Notes under the pieces: model-generated
Seen by the model: only the letters and a program-made list of their open reading frames with translations
Told to the model about the DNA's origin: nothing
Database searches by the model: none
Shown here: positions 54,650-64,000 of the stretch, in pieces
How positions within the stretch are numbered: position 1 is the first letter of the stretch
Layout of the letters: every line of letters begins with the position of its first letter
Program-made: the position numbers and the translations under genes
Assembly: GCF_001194135.2 (NCBI RefSeq)
Contig: NC_068982.1
Span: forward strand, 176,978,511 to 177,042,510
Direction: 5' to 3'
DNA length: 64,000 nt
Source of the DNA: Octopus bimaculoides
Taxonomy: Eukaryota

Positions 54650-54990
54650 TTCTCTAATTCTTCAAAAGAAACAGCAAATGTATGCATTTACTGAAATTTG
54701 CAGATCCAAAATTCAGCAGCGCGGTGAAATACTTTGATCTAAAAAAGATTTGTCATCTCTCAGCTATGCATAACTTACACTTGTTAGATCCATTAACATA
54801 TGGCATGGAATTTTTCTACGATTTTCCTCTTGACGGTGTATGGTGTGGAGTCTGTCATCAAACCTCATACGTGGCTAACAAACTTGGTGTAGGATCTCTT
54901 ATATTCCTTCCCATGACTTTGATCCTCTATGTTCCTGCAGTAATGCTTCACTTCTACACACATCAGCTTAATTCGATTCGTCCTTAGTCG
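54650..54990 (-). mobile_element. Penelope-like GIY-YIG endonuclease C-terminal fragment (second lineage)
   Basis: TKFVSHV..L...YTVKRKIVE / PYVNGSNKCKLCIAER..I...LLNFGSANFSKCIH..FLLKN*, matching NGxxxCxLCxxEK...LLNxRSE..SKCRH. Confidence 0.7.
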
Positions 54991-55224
54991 AAAAACACCT
55001 GTTCTTAATATTCTCTTGTGTGTATTTGTAATCGTTTACCATTTCTCCGTTTTTTTTTTTTTGTTTTGTTTTTCATCCTCGTTTTCGTACACATTCGCTT
55101 GGTTTCTCCCAAAGAAACTCTCAGAAGCAACTCTCAGCACACCCAATCTGATATATCATTCAGCGATATATATTAGCCGCTATTACAAACAACACAGCTG
55201 CAGACCCCGATAGGTTTTCTGCTG

Positions 55225-55815
55225 AAGTTCTGAAGGAGTAATGTCATCCACAGGCATTCTTTTAGCTATCCTCTAGAGGAAATCACTGGACGCTGGCGAA
55301 ATTCCCGAAAATGTTATCCCAGTCTATTCTCTCGATTTATATATAATGTAACATATGTAACAAACAGCTGAGAGTGAATTACCGACCGATCTCACTTGCT
55401 TCATATACTACCAAATTATTTGAGATAGTGATGAGACCTCGAGTAACTTCCTAGAAAGTAACAGTGTATCCATTCCCGACCAGCTTGGTTTCCGCAATGC
55501 CAGTGACTGCCTAACGCAAATCCTGTATCACTTCGTTTACATCTGAGAGGCTCTGAAACCGAACTCCAATGAAGATATCATATATCTGGTCTTCAAGAAG
55601 GCCTTCGACGAGGCTGAATAAAGCATCCTTTAAAAAAAAAACTAGCGAACATTAGAATCCGTAGCAAACTATTAAACTGCACTGAATATTTTTCGGTAAA
55701 GAGAACCTGGCATTTCGTGAGAGCTGGTGCTCGATCAAGCTCGGCAGAAGTCATTAGTGGAGTCCCTCAAAGCACTGTACTGAGCCCATTCCTTTTCATA
55801 ATTTACATCAATGTA
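55225..55815 (+). mobile_element. CR1/L2-like LINE reverse transcriptase fragment
   Basis: SLDAGEIPE, YRPISL, PDQLGFRNASDCLTQIL, IYLVFKKAFDE, KLANIRIRSKLLN and SSAEVISGVPQSTVLSPFLFIIYIN. Ends just before YADD at a microsatellite. Confidence 0.85.
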
Positions 55816-56184
55816 TGCATTTATATATTTTTCTCCATTTGTGTGTGTCTCTCTGTCTGTCTGTCTGTCTGTGTATGTGTCTGTGTGTGTAATGAGAGAT
55901 ATATGTATTGGTTTCTATATGTATGTGTCAGATGCGTGTTTTCAGTTGTTTTGTTTATGGATATATGAAACTAAGTTATGTAAATATATATAATCATTCC
56001 TTACTTGAAAGGATATGTTTTCTTCTTGTTTGCCTAAGGAATAACAAATAATCAGATTTGCTTTGGCTTCACATGGAAAGTAAGTTATTGCAGAGTATTT
56101 TATATTGTGATATCTCTTTTAATAAAATATACATCTTCTTATGGTTCAAAATCATCGTCTTGAAAATTGTCCACACATTAGACT

Positions 56185-56218
<34 letters not shown>

Positions 56219-56919
56219 AACGCACACATTTATGTATGGCTATATTTTATGTATCTATGTCTAAATAATATATATACATATATATATATATATNNNNNNN
56301 NNNNNNNNNNNNNNNNNNNNNNNNNNNNNNNNNNNNNNNNNNNNNNNNNNNNNNNNNNNNNNNNNNNNNNNNNNNNNNNNNNNNNNNNNNNNNNNNNNNN
56401 NNNNNNNNNNNNNNNNNNNNNNNNNNNNNNNNNNNNNNNNNNNNNNNNNNNNNNNNNNNNNNNNNNNNNNNNNNNNNNNNNNNNNNNNNNNNNNNNNNNN
56501 NNNNNNNNNNNNNNNNNNNNNNNNNNNNNNNNNNNNNNNNNNNNNNNATATATATATATATATATACATAGATACGACTTTGTGTGCGTACATATCTCTA
56601 TATACTCTAACCTGAATAAAACTTATTCAATACAAAAAGTTAAAGTAATATAAGAAATATACAGTTAAAACAGAGAAATCTTACATGAATTTCATTTCAC
56701 CCAATGTAGAAAAGTTAATGTAACTCCTCTGTAATACCTCTTATACTTGTATTCTTTCAATGCCCGTTTTGTGTTTCCAATGGTTGCGTGATATCTATTG
56801 GTGTCACCTGATTCTCAAAAATTCCTCTTGCTAATGAATCTTCTCTTTGATTTCTGTATTGCATAACTTCTGAAATTTCATGAAATTTCTTCATAAAGAT
56901 AGAGTAGTAATTTACCATT

Positions 56920-57140
56920 ACTGTCTACCGGTTTATGTGCACTTACGTCTGGTAATTCTCCTTTCTTGAGTCAACGCTTGAGATCCAATTATGTACAAGG
57001 GTGATGTAACAGATTCGAATGGAGCAACAAGGGCATATATCAGAATGACGGGTAATACATTGAAAGAAAGACATACGCCACATTTTGTTTCATTCAGAAA
57101 CAAAAACAACATCCCTATCCAATATTGTATGGACATTGAA
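56920..57140 (+). mobile_element. Penelope-like GIY-YIG endonuclease N-terminal fragment (second lineage)
   Basis: YKGDVTDSNGATRAYIRMTGNTLKERHTPHFVSFRNK, matching YKAxV...YIGxTxxTFKxRxxxHxxSF. Confidence 0.65.
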
Positions 57141-57612
57141 ATAGAGAATCGTGTGCACCGGCCACATAACCTGGGGCAATGTTGCTAAGGCCAACAAATA
57201 CTAGGGCCTGGGCAGCAAATGCAGGCTTTGCATCACTTAAAAAATGAACATTTTAAATATTTGAGATGAAACATTCTTTATCTGAATGCAAAGGCGACAT
57301 TATCTATTCAAGCAGTCTCCACCTACGTTGCGAACCCTTCATACTGGATATGTCTTCTCTCTAAACAGCAATAATATACATTATGAAAAGTTTATGCATG
57401 AAAGACAAATGCCTCCATAAATTTACGTTGAGTACCCCATCACACAAATATATATGGGTACCACACATATCCATGACATTATAACTTATGAACCCATTTC
57501 ATATATAATAATAACCATATATAAAAACAGGAAGATAATAAACTAGAAGTTGTTCCCTTCTTATGAATATTTGTTTACGTTTCTCCAAAACCGCTTTCGA
57601 ACTCACAATTCT

Positions 57613-57820
57613 TAGGAGATCGAACTGGCAGAATTGTTAGCACTCTGGAGCAATTGCTCAGAGTTATTTTATCCGGCTTTCCATTCTCAGTTTACATTCT
57701 GCCGAGATCGACTCTGCTTTTGTTCTTTCAGAGTTGATAAACGAAGTTGGGAACTAGGCTCGATGTGAAATACGTACTACTTCCTCCTAAAATTGCTGGC
57801 ATTGTGTCAAAATTGAAATG
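57613..57820 (+). mobile_element. tRNA-derived SINE family C, decayed
   Basis: AACTGGCAGAATTGTTAGCAC...CTGCCGAGATCGACTCTGCTTT...AATTGCTGGCATTGTG, the inverse of 18503-18715. Confidence 0.75.
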
Positions 57821-58674
57821 CGTAACTATTTACAAATCATAGGCTGGGCCCATCTCTTTTCTCTCTCACTGATCCTCGTTGTGTCTCATTCCCTTTCTAC
57901 CTCTCTCTCTCTCCCTCTCTCTTTCTCCTCCTTTTTGTATTTGTCGTACTGATCTCTATAAAATTGTCCGCGATTTTAATGAGGCGCTAATTTTTTTTCT
58001 TTCTTTTTATGAATATGCACTTCAGATATTTTCATGATGCACTTCAGATGAGGTTATAATTATGAACATGCCTTAACTCATGGAAGCATGTTTAACATTG
58101 CAATTATAAAATATAATATTTATAAAAACATAAAATATCAAGTTGATTTATTTCTCTGCTGTCGTAGAAATGTAAATGCCATGCACTTAAAATATATTAT
58201 TAACTATCAAGAGCAAAATAAGCCGGATTGCAAAATATATTTAATTCTTGTTCTGCATAATTATCAAACAAAACACGTACTCAACGCGCATAAATCGAGA
58301 CTGAATTAATGGAGGAACACGCAAATTATTATCAACAATTAATAATAATCAAAAAATTAGAATTTAATTAAACTTCCTGAAATAATATTTAAAGGGATTT
58401 CTTGATCATGATCGAGTTCAAAATGCGGTAAAAAAATCGCAGGATTAAGCAAAAGTTATATTCTTCATTAGCAGAAGACATACAAAAAAAAGATAGAATG
58501 TTGAAAAGTTTTACCTGTTCACAATATGACACTGGAATGACATCCGTTCAACTTTTAGCTTATCTGTGTACGTGTGCGCGTGTGTTTTTGTGTGTGTGTG
58601 TGCGTGCATGTGCTTGCGTGCGTGCGTGTGTTTGTGCGTGTATGTGTGTGTGTGTGCGTTTGTATGCATGTAGA

Positions 58675-59670
58675 AAGAACCTTGCTGCTTGTGGAGCAAG
58701 AAAGAAATGTTTGGTGTATCAAGAAGTACTCTCTCGAAAGTAATGACAGCCTTTGAGAAAGAGGGAAAACCTCCACGTCGAAACAAAACTCCAGAAGAAA
58801 ACCACAACTTTCAGATAGGGACCTTCGGACTCTTACGCGAATTGTTAGAAAGGATCACGAAAGTACAACTCCCAAAATTACTGCAGAGCTTAATGACCAC
58901 CTCGAAGACCCAGTTTCCACAAATACTGTTCACAGGAAGCTGCACAAAGCTGGATTTCTTGGGAGGGCTGCAATCAGAAAACCACTACTTTCAAAAACAA
59001 ACGTTGCAAAGCGTTTAGAGAGGAGTAAAAACCTACAGAATTGGTCTCTAGAGCAGTGGATGCATGTTTTCCCGGACGAGTGATCATTTACCTTATTTCC
59101 GACCACCGGTCGAGTAAACGTGTGGGGACATCAAAAAGAAGCATTTGATCTAGACTGCCTTCTTCCAACTGTTAAACATGGAGGAGGATCTCTGATGATC
59201 TGGGTGGTTATATCTTAATTCATCCCTTCATGGCAGAATTAATAGTCAAGACTATTTAAGCATTTTATCTGATCACATTCATCCTATGGTTGTGGAATTG
59301 TTTCCGGAGGGAAACACAATCTTTCAGGATAATAATGCACCAATTCACATAGCTAGAGTTGTTACTGAAAGGCACGAGGAACATTCTAGTGAAGCTGAAT
59401 ATCTTTTCTGGCCACTACAGTCCCCAGATCTCAATATTATTGGACATTTATGGTGCATTTTAGAAAAACAAGGAGTCGATATTCCCCACTATAATCACTA
59501 CAAGAACGGGAGACTGTTTTATCTGAAGAATGGACAAATATTCTTTTGGAAACAATTGAAACTTTGTACGAGTCCATACCTCGCAGAATTCAAGCTGTAA
59601 TTACTGCCAAAGGCGGTCCAACCCCATATTAAAATAAAGTTGTTTGAAATTGTAAGGTGTTTCCATAATT
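58675..59670 (+). mobile_element. 5'-truncated Tc1-like (DD34E) transposon relic
   Basis: FGVSRSTLSKVMTAFEKEGK, GRAAIRKPLLSKTNVAKRL, FPDE, PTVKHGGGSLMIW, FQDNNAPIH, WPLQSPDLNIIGHLW and ITAKGGPTPY*. Multiple frameshifts. Confidence 0.95.
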
Positions 59671-59941
59671 AGATTGACACATAATTAGAAATAGAAAGAT
59701 ACATACATCATATACAAATTTCGCATCACCAATTGTGAGCATTAATATAAAAGAGGGAAATGCATAGTTATTTGCTATGTATTATCACAATTACCGAATT
59801 TATGAGGTAATATTTATACCATCGTTGCAGTTATTAGCGACATGATTTATATGACATAGCAATGAAAATAGAAAACTGCCTTCCGTAGCAATTTCATTGC
59901 TCTGAACTTTCAATTTCTGTTTCTACCACTTCTTATTTCAG

Positions 59942-59956
59942 GATACACAGATAGAT
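59942..59956 (+). other. Candidate 15-nt microexon
   Basis: Long pyrimidine tract tttctgtttctaccacttcttatttcag|GATACACAGATAGAT|gtaagc. Length is divisible by 3 and it is open in phases 0 and 1. Confidence 0.25.
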
Positions 59957-60719
59957 GTAAGCCTTTATTTGGCTTCTTTATCCAATTACTTGTTAACAGC
60001 AGGTAGGCTGTCTGCTTAAGCGAGAATTGTATGAAAGTTTAGTTAATTGATAGAAAGCCAGTACTAAGCGGTAATGGCTAGCTTGCATATGGAGCTAAAA
60101 TAAGAAATTTCATTTGTAGATCTTGAGCAGAATAAGTATCTTAGATATTCATTTTATTGTTATAGTGATAACATATTCCTTTGCACGAATTCCATTTTAT
60201 TCTTTCGCAGAAAGTTTAATTGCAAAAATTCCTAATGAAAATTAAAATTGCGCAGGTTATCTCTCGTTTATCATATTACACCTACCACAAGAAATTTCTT
60301 TCGGTGTAAACGATTATATGACACAGTAGATATTAACAAAGAGTTTCGTGCAATACTAATCAATATATTTGGAGGACAATTCTTTGTTCAAAATATAAAA
60401 CCTTGAACTGTGAGCCGAAAAGCCTATGCTTAGTAATCCGTCATTGATTACCTTCATTATTGAAAATTGAAGTAAAGAGTCAACGCGTAGTTAAATCACT
60501 CAGCAGCAAACAACATAAACGACATGTGAGTTGCTTTTACTAACCGATCTGCGCTCCTTTTAAGTAATTCGAAGTATTTACAAGATAAGGTAAGCCTGCG
60601 TGAAGACATTGAATGATATGATGTTCAAAATATTTTGATATAGTTCGCTCATTTGTTTTCACATTTGCTCCGAACTTATGCGATTTTCTGGGTTTTCTTC
60701 CAAATCAATGTTCTTAACT

Positions 60720-61043
60720 AGTCCCCTAATTACTGATGGTGGATGGTTAGATCCAGCGTTTATGTATGTTAGGCTCTCATTAGGTTTATGAAACCCTTAT
60801 TGCCACTGCGGAGTTCCTGAAATAGATACAACGATTTTTTGAACTTCCTGTAGGGATGGTAAGCCTGGTATCATTTTCAAATAGGTTTCAGTACCTTTTT
60901 TTTCACCAGCTTTTCTTTCATAAAAATGGATTTGGCACACTTTTCAAGGTCAAACTCCATCCCGATATCATCACTGAATCCTTTCACAGTATGTAGCAGT
61001 CTTTCAAGCTCTTCGTCATCTTTGCCATATGGTTTTAAATCAT
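60720..61043 (-). mobile_element. R4/Dong-like RLE LINE, truncated and internally deleted copy
   Basis: DDLKPYGKDDEELERLLHTVKGFSDDIGMEFDLEKCAK (RT) is joined directly to KKGTETYLKMIPGLPSLQEVQKIV (RLE end, near-identical to 61280-61350). Confidence 0.85.
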
Positions 61044-61044
61044 C

Positions 61045-62014
61045 TTTATTATTATGATGTTGTTTTTTCTTCTTTCTTCAAATTTTCTTCCATTTCTCGC
61101 CGAGTGTTTTCCATACACCTAGGGCAAAGAAGCTCATTGCATGCATTCCCAGTTTACACACGCAAATTCACAGGTAAAATATGTATTAAAAAAATAATAA
61201 TAAATAAATAAATTCATGAATGGATGTTGTTTTCACAGCGATAAAGCTCTTCTCAGTACATGAGTCATTCCGGTTAACACGATTTTTTGCACTTCCTGTA
61301 GGGATGGTAAGCCTGGTAACATTTTCAAATAGGTTTCAGTACCTTTTTTTATCATTCCTAGAGATCCTACAATCACTGGTACGGTAGTCGCCTTGAGGTG
61401 CCACATTTTTTCAATTTCTATTAACAAGTCTTTATATTTACTGACCTTGTCAAATTCTTTCGCCGCTATATTTTGATCGCAAGGAATACTCATGTCGATT
61501 AACAAACACATCTTCTTTGTCTGATCTTTTATAATAATATCCGGTTTATTACCTTTTATAGTTTTGTCGGTATGTACGGGGAAGTCCCAGAGAATCGATA
61601 CATTTTCTCCCTCAGTTACAGCTTCAGGGTGGTGTTTATACCATTTGTCAGNNNNNNNNNNTCAGTTACAGCTTCAGGGTGGTGTTTATACCATTTGTCA
61701 GCGGTTTTGATTTTGTAATGCCGACATATTGTCCAGTGTAAATACTGGCCGACTCTGTCTTGTCTTGCTTTATATTCTACACCCTGAGATAAGGTGGTCT
61801 ATAGTTTCAATCGCATCGTTACAGAATCGGCATTTTGGGTCAGCTCCATTTTTTTTTTTCACATTGGCTTCTTAGTTCCGGGTTAATAAGCTTTGGTCTT
61901 GAGTAGCTAATATGAAACTTCATTCTCTGCTTTTAGCACTGAGCTTTGTAACCATTGATGCGTGTGTTTCTGGTCGACATCAGCTTGTTTGCTACGATTC
62001 ACATACTTGCTATG

Positions 62015-62015
<1 letters not shown>
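61045..62015 (-). mobile_element. R4/Dong-like RLE LINE, 3' ~1 kb
   Basis: ADVDQKHTHQWLQSS.LKAE, CCHC knuckle CRFCNDAIETIDHLISGC, NKPDIIIKD, CLLIDMSIPCDQNIAAKEFDKVSKYKDL...LRRALSL*. The 5' end abuts (AAT)n on minus (62016-62080). Confidence 0.9.
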
Positions 62016-62081
<66 letters not shown>

Positions 62082-62102
62082 CACACACACTCACACACAC
62101 AT

Positions 62103-62184
62103 ATAATTGTCCTGAATTTCTACTGTATCTGGGATAATGATATCTATTCTATTTCTTGATAGAGTAGAAATTCAGGACAATTAT
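62103..62184. repeat. 27-bp near-perfect inverted repeat (hairpin)
   Basis: 62103-62129 pairs with 62158-62184 with one G.G mismatch. The loop is 28 nt. Confidence 0.9.
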
Positions 62185-63332
62185 GTGAATTCTAATGTTG
62201 GTTAATTTGTAGACGATTTTGGGGTCACTAGTGATGAACCGAGCATATTTGCAACGGTGGCGATAAAAGCCCTCCAAATTGCATTGCCTATCCCGCAACA
62301 TACCTGGTTATGCCCACATTCATCAACATCGTTTTTTTTTCTATGTTAAGCATCATTTGTGACTATTTATCTCGATGAGAAAACTTTGCATTCTGTCATG
62401 AAAAATAGAAAACTCCAGTGTGATTAATGACTTGGTATCAAACAATATATTATTTCCCCATCCTTAAACTCTAGGAAAATGAAATAATTAAATACTAATA
62501 AGTCGCAAAAACCTATTAACCCCTATTGCCCCATAAAAGCAGATATTTTTTTCTCATTTCAAGAGATCTATCATTAAATTTTAGGTCTATTTATATTTCA
62601 ATAGATTTACGATTTTCCATTTATATTCAGAAGTGTATTATTAGATGGTCAAACAGGTCCAGTGAAGCATTTCGATAAAGATATTGTGCTAAAGAGTTTA
62701 TAAATACTAATCGGTTTCCGGTCTTTAACTGTACTTATTTCACTTTTTGTCTCTCTACTTCCTTCTCTCTCTGTCTCACTCATTCTATAATTCTCTCTCA
62801 CACTCACGCGCTCACTCACTCATTCTCTCTCACTCTCTGTCTTTCTTGTATGAAGGTGAATTTATTTAGCTGCTTATGTGAACTTTTAATCTGCTCTTTA
62901 ATAAAATCATTATGTACGTTTAAAGTATCAGATTTGTACACGTTTCCGAAAATGATTATTGTGATGGCACACAAATTTAAATATGTAAATAGCGCCAACG
63001 CTGCAGCACATTCCATCAAGAGCAGAAAAAACATAGTAAGATTGATATTTTTTTCTACAATAGTCACAATGCCAATATTAATAATAATAGTCTTTTATGC
63101 TATAGGCACAAGGCCTGAATTTGGCTACTACTACCATCATTGTTAAACAAATCTTCATCAGTGACCTTTTTGAACAGGATGGGCTACTCGATCTGAAGAT
63201 GTTGCGCGCATATGTTTGTTATGCATGTGCCTGGTGTACTCTTATCAGGCGTGTTGTCATGATGGGTATATTGGAGTTCGTATATTTGTACCCCAGTATC
63301 ACTCTTATGGCATGCGCTGCTATCTCCCTCAG

Positions 63333-63407
<75 letters not shown>

Positions 63408-63409
<2 letters not shown>

Positions 63410-64000
63410 GGAACACAAACCACCCCCAGTACTTGAAAATGATCACATCGCACTCCTCTGGAACTTCACTATTCAAACTGACAGAAAGATAGATACAAAC
63501 AGGCCAGACATCATACTGAAAGACTTCAGACAAAAATCATGCCTCCTCATTGATATGACTGTCCCAGTCGATATAAACGTATCTGTCAAGACCTACCAAA
63601 AACTGAGTAAATATAAAGATCTTGAAATAGAAATTAGCAAAATGTGGAATCTGAAGACGAAAACAATACCTATTGTCATAGGTGCCCTGGGAATGACATC
63701 GAAACGGGCTGATTACTACCTAGCTCAGATACCAGGAAACCCCAAAATGGCTGAAGTTCAAACGATTGTGCTCATGGGAACTGCCCATATCCTACGTAAA
63801 ATACTGTCTATGTGATCTCAAATGTTAAAACAAACACATAATTTTCTTATGGTTTCTTAAACATTCTCTAGAACAACACTGTACAAATCCAAATATATGG
63901 TACCCTACGCATAACACCTACATGAACTTCTAACTTGTTGTCTCTTGAGGTCTCTGGGTGAGACTTGGATCCAACTTGTACAAATGCAAAGCAAAAGTCA
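63408..64000 (+). mobile_element. R4/Dong-like RLE LINE 3' end, running to the window edge
   Basis: Uninterrupted frame 63408-63815: WEHKPPPVLENDHIALLWNFTIQTDRKIDTNRPDIILKD...CLLIDMTVPVDINVSVKTYQKLSKYKDLEIEI...AHILRKILSM*. Starts directly after (AAT)n at 63343-63408. Confidence 0.9.

Noticed and set aside
56947-57170. Minus-strand exon with a GTAAGT donor and a hydrophobic ORF
   Set aside because: The plus strand is better explained as a PLE GIY-YIG fragment, so the splice signal is likely chance.
62304-62340. DVDEC (calcium-binding EGF-like) peptide before a gtatgt donor on minus
   Set aside because: The acceptor is poor, the motif is at the wrong end for a typical cbEGF exon, no further cysteine pattern follows, and a chance match is plausible.

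Overview
AT-rich eukaryotic genomic DNA from a draft short-read assembly: 12 N gaps, ten flanked by microsatellites and two by overlap duplications. The repeat families and TTAGGG-like repeats point to a coleoid cephalopod, probably Octopus; this rests on my recognition of the repeats and was not verified by search. No host protein-coding gene can be called with confidence, and the window reads as intergenic or deep intron. Most ORFs in the track are microsatellite translations or transposon remnants. Identifiable content: about 10 tRNA-derived SINE copies from at least 3 families, an RTE LINE, a CR1-like RT fragment, five pieces of restriction-endonuclease (R4/Dong-like) LINEs next to (AAT)n or (TACA)n tracts, two lineages of Penelope-like element (PLE) remnants, four mariner and one Tc1 relic, a probable LTR nested in a SINE, and MITE/foldback elements. 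Best lead: a ~490-bp palindromic element (14757-15243) with two back-to-back tRNA-like Pol III heads. Its left arm carries an intact minimal type I hammerhead ribozyme (14814-14859, minus) with a palindromic stem III, and it lies ~50 bp from a PLE RT fragment. Second lead: a 1.18-kb foldback element (4358-5535) carrying head-to-head degenerate telomeric repeats.
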